Virus record (IMG/VR): IMGVR_UViG_3300011409_000010 | Span: 1-37,837 of that record | Length of the DNA stretch: 37,837 nucleotides | Reading direction: 5' to 3' (one strand) | DNA from: a virus | Lineage: Duplodnaviria > Caudoviricetes | In this document: positions 18,313 through 26,024 of the stretch, in pieces | Numbering within the stretch: position 1 is the first letter of the stretch | Layout of the letters: every line of letters starts with the position of its first letter | Notes under the pieces: generated by a model | What the model saw: the letters and a program-made list of their open reading frames with translations, nothing else | Told to the model about the DNA's origin: nothing | The model's database searches: none | Translations under genes and position numbers: made by a program

Positions 18313-19364
18313 TCATTCACCGCGCGCGGGAATTGAGCAACGCGATTGCCGCTCCAGTAGCTTTCAAGGACTGACGACGCGGCGCGAAGTGCGGGCAGCG
18401 TCGAGTGCGTGTAGCGGGAAGTCATACCGCCAAGCGAATGCCCCAGCAGGTCAGCAATGATCTTCTGGTTTATCCCGGATTCGGCCAGCACCGATGCGAC
18501 CGTATGCCGAATGTCGTGAATCCTCCAGCTATCCATACCGACTACGATGCCACGGCCATGCCCTGCCGCACATACAGCCCTGTAGAACGTTGCATAGCAC
18601 AAAGGTGAGGCATTGGATCGTCTGCGCAGTAAAACTTCAAGGGTGGGCGTTATTGGAAGAATACGGGCGCTTTTAGTTTTGGTTGCGCTCGCTGGCAATC
18701 CCACGAGGCCTCGCTCCCATTCGATCCATTCAGGGCGCAGCGTCAGCAATTCCATTACGCGGCATCCGGTCAGGATCAGCATTTCGAAGATGTCGGCAGC
18801 GGCGTCCCGGTCCATCCGGCGAAGCTCATCGCGAACGGCTACCAGCTCGGCTCGAGGAACGAGAACCGCGCGACCTGGATTTGGCAAGCCGACAAGCGCG
18901 GGTGCGCGGAAGGTTTCGAGTTCAGGAAAGTAGAGGCGACCGGAATTGAGCCCCGCAACGATTCCGGCAATGGCAAACTCGATTGTTGACACTTTGAAGC
19001 TGCTCATCAGCGTTGCGCGATAAGTCGCAAGGCGGGAAACCGTCACGTCACGTACTGGCAGTTCAGGATCAATCGAAACGAAATCGGCAAAGTGGCGGAG
19101 TAGCTGGCGGCGCGATCCTGTGCTCTTGTTGATTGGATCGCGGTCGCGTGCGTCGAACAGATCCTGAAGCGTAATTACGCGGCGCTCGTATTCCGGCTCA
19201 ATCCCGATGATGCGGTTTCTGTACGCATCTTTCAAATCCCGGATGTACTCGTCGGCCTTTTCCTTTGTCTTGAATCCAGCTTGCCGGTAGCGGTTTCCGC
19301 CCACCCTGACGGAAATCGCCCACGTTGTCTTGCCTGTGCGTTTGGATAGAACTTTGTGGATCAT
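18309..19364 (-). CDS. int: Tyrosine integrase
   Basis: TGCRVMEL (R), TKTK (K), HDIRHT (HxxR), LLGH, SRY (Y); N-terminal arm-binding-like GFKTKEKA segment. Confidence 0.95.
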   Translation of the reverse strand: MIHKVLSKRTGKTTWAISVRVGGNRYRQAGFKTKEKADEYIRDLKDAYRNRIIGIEPEYERRVITLQDLFDARDRDPINKSTGSRRQLLRHFADFVSIDPELPVRDVTVSRLATYRATLMSSFKVSTIEFAIAGIVAGLNSGRLYFPELETFRAPALVGLPNPGRAVLVPRAELVAVRDELRRMDRDAAADIFEMLILTGCRVMELLTLRPEWIEWERGLVGLPASATKTKSARILPITPTLEVLLRRRSNASPLCYATFYRAVCAAGHGRGIVVGMDSWRIHDIRHTVASVLAESGINQKIIADLLGHSLGGMTSRYTHSTLPALRAASSVLESYWSGNRVAQFPRAVNE

Positions 19365-19549
19365 ATGCTCAGTGGACTCGCATCGAGACGCGCTTCAATT
19401 CGGTCTAGCAGAGCTTCGATCCGCGTTAACCGCTCGTCGATTGCCGCGAAACCGGCGCGCATTTCTTCCTGAAGCTGCGCCAACCCGCTGCGCACCTCTT
19501 CAATGATGTCTTTCAGTAGGGGCTGTGTGTCTTTCACTTCGTCAGTCAT
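19361..19549 (-). CDS. Small coiled-coil protein
   Basis: MTDEVKDTQPLL...EMRAGFAAIDERLTRIE heptads; 4-nt overlaps on both sides. Confidence 0.7.
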   Translation of the reverse strand: MTDEVKDTQPLLKDIIEEVRSGLAQLQEEMRAGFAAIDERLTRIEALLDRIEARLDASPLSI

Positions 19550-20061
19550 GGTAATTTTGGTACTTCGAAAAAGGCCGCATTTTCGGGCGAGATGTGCCAG
19601 TATGCCGCTACTCCTATTTCTTTTATCTTGTGAGCCTTGAGCGCCGTCCGATGATCCATTAGCCACTGTCCGACCTGGCGGGCTAACGGTCCGGCGCTAA
19701 ATGCGTACTGGTTAAAGAACGGATGCAGCCCCACCAAACACTTGTGGTAGTGATGGCGTCCCGCCTCCACTTTGATGTAGTTGTAATCCGGTATTGCTTC
19801 GCTTAGTAGCCGTTCATAGGACGCCTTGAGTTCGTTTAAGCTGAACTTGTCGCGCTTCTCTTGTGCGATGGCGTCTTGAGCCAACGCCGCCGTCACTTCC
19901 CGATAGTTGCCTTCGGGCGGAGGGCCAGCTAGCGGAATCGCGGGCGTTGATACGGCTGGCAGTTCGGGCGCTGCCTTACGCGGCTGTGTGTTCTCTGGTT
20001 GTCCGGCTGCTGTCATTGTGAATGCGAGCAAAAATGCGCTCGCGAGAATTGCTTTCTTCAT
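19546..20061 (-). CDS. Secreted protein of the lysogeny operon
   Basis: Sec-type signal peptide MKKAILASAFLLAFTMTAAG, Pro-rich linker, globular domain. Confidence 0.75.
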   Translation of the reverse strand: MKKAILASAFLLAFTMTAAGQPENTQPRKAAPELPAVSTPAIPLAGPPPEGNYREVTAALAQDAIAQEKRDKFSLNELKASYERLLSEAIPDYNYIKVEAGRHHYHKCLVGLHPFFNQYAFSAGPLARQVGQWLMDHRTALKAHKIKEIGVAAYWHISPENAAFFEVPKLP

Positions 20062-20099
20062 TTACTTTCTAATTACTTCCTTCTATTAAAATTGGGGCT

Positions 20100-20411
20100 T
20101 TAGGCGACTTTGTCCGGTTCGATCATTTCAAGTATCTGACCAACAAGCCGAGCCTTGCTGAGTTTCTTTTTCTGTGCGCTATGTTCTGCGATCCGCTTCT
20201 TGACCTCTTCGAGTGTTTCGGCGAAGGTGATCGGATCCTGCATCTGTTCCTCCCGGATTATGCTGACAGCGAATTGATGCACCAGGCTCGATGGTCGCGA
20301 CCCTCGAAGCAGAGCGGCCGCCGCGAACCTGGCATAAACATCGGGAGACATCTTCACTGTGAGGAGCGACTTATCGCGTGATTTCTTTCTCACGATATTC
20401 TTAGTTTTCAA
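20100..20411 (-). CDS. Ribbon-helix-helix-like regulator, paralog 2
   Basis: LLTVKMSPDVYARFAAAALLRGSRPSSLVHQFA: alternating beta ribbon, helix, G-x-x-x-S turn, helix. Confidence 0.7.
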   Translation of the reverse strand: MKTKNIVRKKSRDKSLLTVKMSPDVYARFAAAALLRGSRPSSLVHQFAVSIIREEQMQDPITFAETLEEVKKRIAEHSAQKKKLSKARLVGQILEMIEPDKVA

Positions 20412-20670
20412 AATCTTTCATAGAATTGGATTCTGGGGGCTTCTTCCTCTTTGCACTATGTTCCGCCACTTCTCGTGCGATCTCTGGATAAATTCGCGTC
20501 CACTCCACCGGATCGCGCATCCTCTCTTCGCGACTAACCTTAACGGCAAATTGATGGACGATGCTCGACGGCGTACCTCCCAGAAGTTTTGCCGCCACCC
20601 TGAAATTGACATAATCATCCGGCTCCATCTTTACCGTTAGCGTCGCCTTGCGCCTTCTATTGGTACTCAC
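20401..20670 (-). CDS. Ribbon-helix-helix-like regulator, paralog 1 (candidate repressor)
   Basis: TLTVKMEPDDYVNFRVAAKLLGGTPSSIVHQFA; clearly homologous to 20100-20411. Confidence 0.7.
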   Translation of the reverse strand: MSTNRRRKATLTVKMEPDDYVNFRVAAKLLGGTPSSIVHQFAVKVSREERMRDPVEWTRIYPEIAREVAEHSAKRKKPPESNSMKDFEN

Positions 20671-20800
20671 AATATCTAGTATATGTCAAGACGTTTCTGT
20701 CTCCTGAGTGGGCTTCCAATCTTTACTTGACGTTTTCTAGTCAGTTAAAGTACACTTGTCAGTGTCTAGTCACTGACTATGTGATTTGTTTACACCCAAC
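20671..20800. promoter_or_regulatory. Divergent promoter/operator region with TCTAGT boxes
   Basis: Rightward TTGACG(20727)-N18-TACACT; leftward -10 TATACT (20683-20678) 7 nt before GTG; near-palindrome GTCAGTGTCTAGTCACTGAC at 20758-20777. Confidence 0.7.
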
Positions 20801-20809
20801 GGAGCCCTT

Positions 20810-20986
20810 ATGAAGCGCGAGCCCAAAACGGAAGTCATTTTCGTGAAAGCGGACAAGAGTCTTGCAAAACGTCTCCAAAAGGCGGCTTTGCTCACAGATA
20901 CAACGATGTCCGCCTTGACCAGGGAAGCCGTGCGCGAGAAGCTGGACCAGCTCGCAGAGAAATATCCTCAACTAGCGGCTGCTTAA
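20810..20986 (+). CDS. CopG/Arc-like RHH protein in the Cro position
   Basis: EVIFVKADKSLAKRLQKAALLTDTTMSALTREAV; GGAG RBS. Confidence 0.75.
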   Translation: MKREPKTEVIFVKADKSLAKRLQKAALLTDTTMSALTREAVREKLDQLAEKYPQLAAA

Positions 20987-20993
20987 AATTCAC

Positions 20994-21055
20994 TTGACAG
21001 TGTCTAGACACTCTGTATAATCAGAATGTACTAGACAACGTCTAGTCAATCTAGT
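20994..21055 (+). promoter_or_regulatory. Strong sigma70-type early promoter with operators
   Basis: TTGACA(20994)-N16-TATAAT(21016); perfect palindrome AGTGTCTAGACACT at 20999-21012; three more CTAG boxes at 21030-21055. Confidence 0.85.
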
Positions 21056-21066
21056 TGAGAGGGGCA

Positions 21067-21294
21067 ATGATTCAGCAAATGGCAACCAAAGAAACCAAGC
21101 TCAGACCGGAAGCGGCTGAGATGCTCATTGAGACGGTGACGTGTGATCACTGCGGCGTGCCGGAGACGCTGGGGAATCCGATTGAGCTGCGCCACGTCGG
21201 GGCTTACGGCTACGCGGCCTTCGAAGATGGACCGCCGGAATATTGGATGGAGTGCGCAGAGTGCAAAGCGAAAGATGACGAGGTGATTTTCTAA
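21067..21294 (+). CDS. Small Zn-finger early protein
   Basis: CDHC...CAEC; RBS GAGGGG. Confidence 0.65.
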   Translation: MIQQMATKETKLRPEAAEMLIETVTCDHCGVPETLGNPIELRHVGAYGYAAFEDGPPEYWMECAECKAKDDEVIF

Positions 21295-21560
21295 TGATGA
21301 GCAAACCTGAATGGGACACCTACTGGGAAATGGTCGAGCGCGAAGCTGAAGCGAGCGATCCGGGCGGGCTTCAACGAAGGCGCGATGCGCTTCGCGACGA
21401 GCAGAAGATGGTGCAGAAGACTATCAAGATGCTGATGGATGGCATCGCGCAGTGGGAAAAGCGCAATGACGAACTCGATTCAGAGATTGATGCAATCGAC
21501 GAGCAGAAGGATCGGAACTGGGATACCTGGTTCGCGGCAAGAACGGCGGTGGGACGATGA
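21294..21560 (+). CDS. Coiled-coil hypothetical protein
   Basis: Overlapping start/stop; heptad pattern. Confidence 0.65.
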   Translation: MMSKPEWDTYWEMVEREAEASDPGGLQRRRDALRDEQKMVQKTIKMLMDGIAQWEKRNDELDSEIDAIDEQKDRNWDTWFAARTAVGR

Positions 21561-21829
21561 CCTACGAAGAACTGGAAGCAGACGCACGCGCTGACCGCTA
21601 CTACGAATGGCTCGAAGATCAGCCAAAGTGCCGCAAGTGCGGCAAGCTCTGGAAAGAGGCAACCGGAATCTACGACGAGGACCGCGACGAGTATTACTGC
21701 AATCAGAAGTGCGTAGACAACTACGAGAGCGACCGCGACGAGGCGGCTTACATGGCGCAGTTCGAGGGCGAAGGGCCGGTTACGGCAAGCGAACGCCACC
21801 AGCGCGATTGGCAGCAGAAGAGAGGCTGA
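21557..21829 (+). CDS. Small Cys-motif early protein
   Basis: CRKC...YCNQKC; ATGA overlap. Confidence 0.65.
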   Translation: MTYEELEADARADRYYEWLEDQPKCRKCGKLWKEATGIYDEDRDEYYCNQKCVDNYESDRDEAAYMAQFEGEGPVTASERHQRDWQQKRG

Positions 21830-21833
21830 AGCA

Positions 21834-22046
21834 ATGATCGACAAGCTTCTAACGATCGAGGAAGTGGCCGCAATCACCGGCCTCGCAGTTCGCACGATCT
21901 ATGTGCGCGGTGGAGGTACAAGGACTCTGCCGCGCGTCAAGATCGGCCATACGCTGCGCTGGCGTGAGCAGGATGTGCGCGACTGGATTAACCGCCACGT
22001 CGAGCGGCCCTTCGATCCGAGGAAGGCTTTCAAAAGGTCAGCATAA
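21834..22046 (+). CDS. Excisionase / AlpA-like HTH protein
   Basis: LLTIEEVAAITGLAVRTIY...LPRVKIGHTLRWREQDVRDWI. Confidence 0.85.
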   Translation: MIDKLLTIEEVAAITGLAVRTIYVRGGGTRTLPRVKIGHTLRWREQDVRDWINRHVERPFDPRKAFKRSA

Positions 22047-22074
22047 AAGAAAAGCCCACGCGGGAAACGTGGGC
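22045..22074 (-). terminator. Hairpin GCCCACG/CGTGGGC with T-tract on the minus strand
   Basis: 7-bp perfect stem preceded on + by AAAAGAAAA. Confidence 0.5.
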
Positions 22075-22087
22075 AGTCACTACATAC

Positions 22088-22897
22088 ATGGTAACGAAGG
22101 AGAAAGATAAAACAGTGTCAACTGCAATTGCAACTCAAACTGAGCACCAGGACTACGCCGCAATCATCGAACGGGTGATTGCGACAGGCGACCTGGCGAA
22201 GCTCTCAAGCGCAGATCGAATCAATTACTACAACGCAATCTGCCGTTCGGTTGGGTGGAATCCGTTAACGCAACCTCTGCAATACATCACCCTGAATGGC
22301 AAGCTCACGCTCTATGTCCGGCGCGATGGCACGGACCAGCTCCGAAAGATTCACAACGTTTCGATCCAGATCGTGAGCCGTGAGCATATCAACGACGTTT
22401 ACATCGTCACCGCCAGGGCAACCACAAAAGAAGGGCGCACCGATGAGTCGATTGGTGCCGTTTCGATTGGCAGCATCAAGGGCGACGTGCTCTGCAACGC
22501 CATCATGAAGGCTGAGACGAAGGCGAAGCGCCGAGTGACGTTGAGCGTCTGCGGGCTCGGCTTCCTGGATGAAAGCGAAATCGAAACGATTCCCGACGTT
22601 GTATTGCACGAAGCGCCGGCCATCGAAGAGGGGAAGAAGCCAAACGGCAACGGCGGCAACGGCAATGGGCGCGAGAAGCTGATCGCAACGGTGACGCGGC
22701 TCGACAATCTGATCCGCGAGATTCGCGAATACGGGCCAAAGAACTCGGACATTCAGGCGCGCATGAAGGCGCTGACTGGTGTTGAGAAGCGCGCTGATTT
22801 GAACGAAGCGCAGATGGAGATCTGCATTGAGGCGTTTGGGGATTGGGCGAATGAGCTGTATGTCACGAAGCACGGCGAAGGGGAGGATGTAGGCTAA
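22088..22897 (+). CDS. Single-strand annealing recombinase (RecT/Red-beta-like); start may be GTG 22115
   Basis: GWNPLTQP..YITLNGKLTLY...NAIMKAETKAKRRVTLSVCGLGFLDESE; adjacent to Gp157-like gene. Confidence 0.7.
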   Translation: MVTKEKDKTVSTAIATQTEHQDYAAIIERVIATGDLAKLSSADRINYYNAICRSVGWNPLTQPLQYITLNGKLTLYVRRDGTDQLRKIHNVSIQIVSREHINDVYIVTARATTKEGRTDESIGAVSIGSIKGDVLCNAIMKAETKAKRRVTLSVCGLGFLDESEIETIPDVVLHEAPAIEEGKKPNGNGGNGNGREKLIATVTRLDNLIREIREYGPKNSDIQARMKALTGVEKRADLNEAQMEICIEAFGDWANELYVTKHGEGEDVG

Positions 22898-23412
22898 TGG
22901 CTACTCTCTACGCTATCTCTGATGACCTGGCTGCGCTCGAGGAGCTACTGACCGAAGTCGGCGGCGAGCTGGCAGATGGCGAAGCGGAAGCCGCGATTGA
23001 TGCGTGGCTCGAGGAAACGGGCACAGCTACGAAGGAAAAGGTGGATCGCTACTGCGGGCTGATCCGCGAACTGGAATCCAGGGCAGCCGCGCGAAAAGCT
23101 GAGGCGAAGCGTTTGGCGGAACGAGGCAACATAGACGCCAGCGCCGTTGATCGTCTCAAAAGCAGGCTGCTCTGGTTCTTCGAAGCGCACCAACTGAAGA
23201 CGCTCGAGACGCCGCGCTTTCGCGTTACGGCTGCGCAGAATGGCGGGGTTGCACCGCTCACGATCACCGCACCGCTCGAAGAGATTCCCGATGAGTTCAT
23301 CGAGTTTGTGCGCAAGCCAATGAATCCGATGATTCGCGAGCTGCTCGAAGCGGGCGAACGGTTGCCGTTTGCCGAACTGGGTGAGAGGGGCAAGTCAATA
23401 AGGATCAAGTGA
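22897..23412 (+). CDS. Siphovirus Gp157-family protein
   Basis: MATLYAI...KEKVDRY...KAEAKRL...IPDEF...SIRIK. Confidence 0.85.
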   Translation: MATLYAISDDLAALEELLTEVGGELADGEAEAAIDAWLEETGTATKEKVDRYCGLIRELESRAAARKAEAKRLAERGNIDASAVDRLKSRLLWFFEAHQLKTLETPRFRVTAAQNGGVAPLTITAPLEEIPDEFIEFVRKPMNPMIRELLEAGERLPFAELGERGKSIRIK

Positions 23413-24087
23413 ATGAATCCGTATTTCCAAGATGAATACGTGACGATCTACCACGGCGATTGTCGGGAGTTGCTTGATGAGATGCCGCGTGTAGATTTGG
23501 TGCTGACTGATCCGCCGTATGGAGTTCAACTTAGGAATAACGGCAGGGTGAACAACAGAAGGTCACAACGGCACTTTGATATTGTTGGTGACCACTCTCA
23601 AGAGTTAGGCCAGTACGTAATTGACTGGGCCGCAAATCAAGAAATCGCGGTGATTGCTTTCGCTAATCCGATGATGGCTTGGGAGGGTCATTGGCGTCAG
23701 TGGCTTGTCTGGAATAAAGGCCCTGCTGTTGGTGGTGGAGGCGATCGGGGCAAATGCTGGAAGCAAACGTGGGAGTTGATACAAGTAGCTCGCACTCCAG
23801 AGCTGCAAGGTAATAGGGATAGTGCTGTACTGAACTTTTATGCGACACCCCAACTTAGCGCGGAACATGTGGCCGCGAAGCCGCTAGCGCTGATTCGTTA
23901 CCTACTCGCGAAGGTTAATGCGCGTCTAGTGCTCGACCCATTCATGGGAAGCGGTACAACGTTGCGCGCAGCAAAAGACTCCGGCGTTCGCGCTATCGGA
24001 ATCGAAATCGAAGAGCGTTACTGCGAAATCGCCGCAAGGCGTATGGCGCAGCAGGTACTTCCAATCTACGAGAAGGTTGCCGGGTGA
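23413..24087 (+). CDS. Orphan beta-class N4-C/N6-A DNA methyltransferase 1
   Basis: HGDC, LTDPPYG (motif IV) precedes DPFMGSGTT (motif I); no cognate REase adjacent. Confidence 0.92.
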   Translation: MNPYFQDEYVTIYHGDCRELLDEMPRVDLVLTDPPYGVQLRNNGRVNNRRSQRHFDIVGDHSQELGQYVIDWAANQEIAVIAFANPMMAWEGHWRQWLVWNKGPAVGGGGDRGKCWKQTWELIQVARTPELQGNRDSAVLNFYATPQLSAEHVAAKPLALIRYLLAKVNARLVLDPFMGSGTTLRAAKDSGVRAIGIEIEERYCEIAARRMAQQVLPIYEKVAG

Positions 24088-24296
24088 AACTCACGCTCAT
24101 CATCATCGGGATCGCTTGTGTCGCATTCATCGTCGGCTTCTTAGTTGCCGCGTGGGTGCGACAACCTGATTTAGAGAAGGAGCGCGTTGAGTTGGCGCTG
24201 TGTCGTGACAGGGAACTGAAGCTGCAACAGCTTGTGACTGATTTGAAGGCGACGTTGCGCGATACAGCACAGGACGTTGCCCGGAGGATTGCGTGA
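24084..24296 (+). CDS. Small membrane-anchored protein
   Basis: N-terminal hydrophobic helix then coiled coil; GTGA overlap. Confidence 0.6.
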   Translation: MKLTLIIIGIACVAFIVGFLVAAWVRQPDLEKERVELALCRDRELKLQQLVTDLKATLRDTAQDVARRIA

Positions 24297-24532
24297 AGCT
24301 GCCGGCAAACTTCCGAGACTTGATCGACCAGCAGGAATCGCTTGAGGTGAAGCGCACGAAGGTGGTGCTCCAGCTTGAATGTGCGCATATGAGTGCGGAG
24401 ATGGAAGCAACTGCGCTTTTGTTGCTGCAAATGATTCTGGCATCGCAGGCAACAATTGCGCGGGACTTGCTCAGAGAGTGCGCCACGCTGACCTGCGAAA
24501 ACGTTGAGTGGCCTGTTGAAATTCGCGCGTGA
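24293..24532 (+). CDS. Hypothetical protein
   Basis: GTGA overlaps; GGAGG RBS. Confidence 0.55.
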   Translation: MKLPANFRDLIDQQESLEVKRTKVVLQLECAHMSAEMEATALLLLQMILASQATIARDLLRECATLTCENVEWPVEIRA

Positions 24533-24717
24533 AGAATCCGACCGGGTGGGTGCGTCGTGTTCTCACTAATCAGGGCGGGAACGCAGTACGCACGACTTCA
24601 CGCGCGGCCCCGATTGCACACGAGATTCGTGCGCGGCGAGTATGCGAACCGCGCCTGCGAGCTGTAGGGCAGCGAGCCAGGCGTGAATTTGAGGTGGCTC
24701 GCCGCGCGCGAATGTGA
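24529..24717 (+). CDS. Basic hypothetical protein
   Basis: GTGA overlap; fills the operon gap. Confidence 0.4.
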   Translation: MKNPTGWVRRVLTNQGGNAVRTTSRAAPIAHEIRARRVCEPRLRAVGQRARREFEVARRARM

Positions 24718-24723
24718 ACCACG

Positions 24724-24858
24724 ATGCTCAATCCAATCGAAGTAATCCTGTACGCGCTGATTGTGCTGCTTGGCATCGGGGCGATGATGTGCTTTGCGGT
24801 GTGGCTGATCAACATGCCATCGAAGCGCGCACGAGCCGCACGGCGGCGAAAGTATTGA
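24724..24858 (+). CDS. 44-aa single-TM protein (not in ORF track)
   Basis: MLNPIEVILYALIVLLGIGAMMCFAVWLINMPSKRARAARRRKY. Confidence 0.6.
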   Translation: MLNPIEVILYALIVLLGIGAMMCFAVWLINMPSKRARAARRRKY

Positions 24859-24859
24859 T

Positions 24860-25063
24860 GTGTGGTGGACTATTGGTGCATTCCTGGCAGGCCTCGCGCT
24901 TGGCGCATTCGTGACGCTTGTGTTTTTCGCGGAGCAGCTCGGGCCGTGGATCAAGTGGAAGGAGCAAGTGATGCAGAAGGAAATGGCGCTCGCGGAATTA
25001 CGGATGGCGGGGAAGTTAAATGAGCAGGGGCACAAGCGGAGCGAGTTTCGGAGTGAATTGTGA
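24860..25063 (+). CDS. Small membrane protein
   Basis: N-terminal TM helix; overlaps next gene. Confidence 0.55.
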   Translation: MWWTIGAFLAGLALGAFVTLVFFAEQLGPWIKWKEQVMQKEMALAELRMAGKLNEQGHKRSEFRSEL

Positions 25064-25422
25064 TGATAAGGCGAAGAACGCGAAGAAGTAATGTGCTCGA
25101 TATTGTCGATGAACTTGAATGGAATGGGCAAGCATTGCAATTAGCTCTTTTCGATTTGAGTGAATACGACACGAGGAAGCGCGATATGGCAAAAGGTCCA
25201 GGTGGAAAAATTGTACATATGAAGGAGGCGTGCAGCATTCTCGATATGTCACGCAAGACTGTAGTTAAGCACGCAATCGCCGGAGATGTACCTGGATGGA
25301 AGAATGTCTTAGGTGAGTGGTGTTTCTATGAACAGGCACTGATTAACGTAAACGCACCGCCACCTACACCTCCACCCAACAATATCGAATCACTGGAAAA
25401 GGTTCGTAAGCAGGCAAGTTGA
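25060..25422 (+). CDS. Xis/MerR-like (HTH_17-type) DNA-binding protein
   Basis: MKEACSILDMSRKTVVKHAIAGDVPGWKNVLGEWCF. Confidence 0.75.
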   Translation: MMIRRRTRRSNVLDIVDELEWNGQALQLALFDLSEYDTRKRDMAKGPGGKIVHMKEACSILDMSRKTVVKHAIAGDVPGWKNVLGEWCFYEQALINVNAPPPTPPPNNIESLEKVRKQAS

Positions 25423-25427
25423 AAGGT

Positions 25428-25455
25428 GGGAGAGTTCTCGAAAAAGATCTCTCCC
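25428..25455. terminator. Hairpin between convergent genes
   Basis: GGGAGAG...CTCTCCC stem; no clear U-tract. Confidence 0.4.
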
Positions 25456-25475
25456 GCGATTCATCGCTAACATGC

Positions 25476-25835
25476 TTAGGCTGCTTCAAGTGGCAGACCC
25501 ATTTGGTCCGCCTGCTTGATCATTAATGCTTTAACAACTTGATGCATGTTATCCAGTGTTGCTTGTTTTTTTTCTATCAGATCATGACCCAACTTGTGAC
25601 AAAACTTACACATTCTCACGAGGTCGGAAGGGACTTCTTGGCCAAGTCGCTCATAGGTCTTATGGTGCAAATCAAGATTAAAGGCCTTCCAATCACCACA
25701 CGAATAGCAGGGAATGCGATCGTGTTGTCTTTTGAGCATGTGCCAGTGCGGACTTCTGGTCAGATAGTCCTGATAGGAGTAGAATCCCAGATCACGGGCT
25801 TTGACATTGACGCTGATGGGAACGGTGAAACTCAT
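25476..25835 (-). CDS. HNH endonuclease
   Basis: YQDYL..PHW, CYSC, LDLHHKTY, CKFCH; own GGAGGT RBS; antisense and AT-richer than its flanks. Confidence 0.85.
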   Translation of the reverse strand: MSFTVPISVNVKARDLGFYSYQDYLTRSPHWHMLKRQHDRIPCYSCGDWKAFNLDLHHKTYERLGQEVPSDLVRMCKFCHKLGHDLIEKKQATLDNMHQVVKALMIKQADQMGLPLEAA

Positions 25836-25938
25836 CGTGTACCTCCAAGCTGCAAGATTAAGGAATCGTTCGATCTGGATTCTTGCACTTTGGGCGTCAA
25901 TCTCATAGCCCTTTCTTTTGCCTTAACTTACACAGCCG

Positions 25939-25998
25939 GCAAAGCTATCCAAAGATACGCAAAGATAAGCAAAGGTATGCAGAGGTATGCAAAGGCAG
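25939..25998 (+). repeat. Six tandem 10-bp direct repeats (GCAAAGRTAN)
   Basis: gcaaagctat ccaaagatac gcaaagataa gcaaaggtat gcagaggtat gcaaaggcag. Confidence 0.9.
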
Positions 25999-26024
25999 CC
26001 GTTTGCACGCCTCTGGGTAGGTAG

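Noticed and set aside
24084-24296. i-spanin (Rz)
   Set aside because: TM plus coiled coil fits loosely, but it is short, far from the lysis genes and has no overlapping lipobox ORF.
25939-25998. CRISPR array
   Set aside because: 10-bp contiguous units with no spacers; no cas genes seen.
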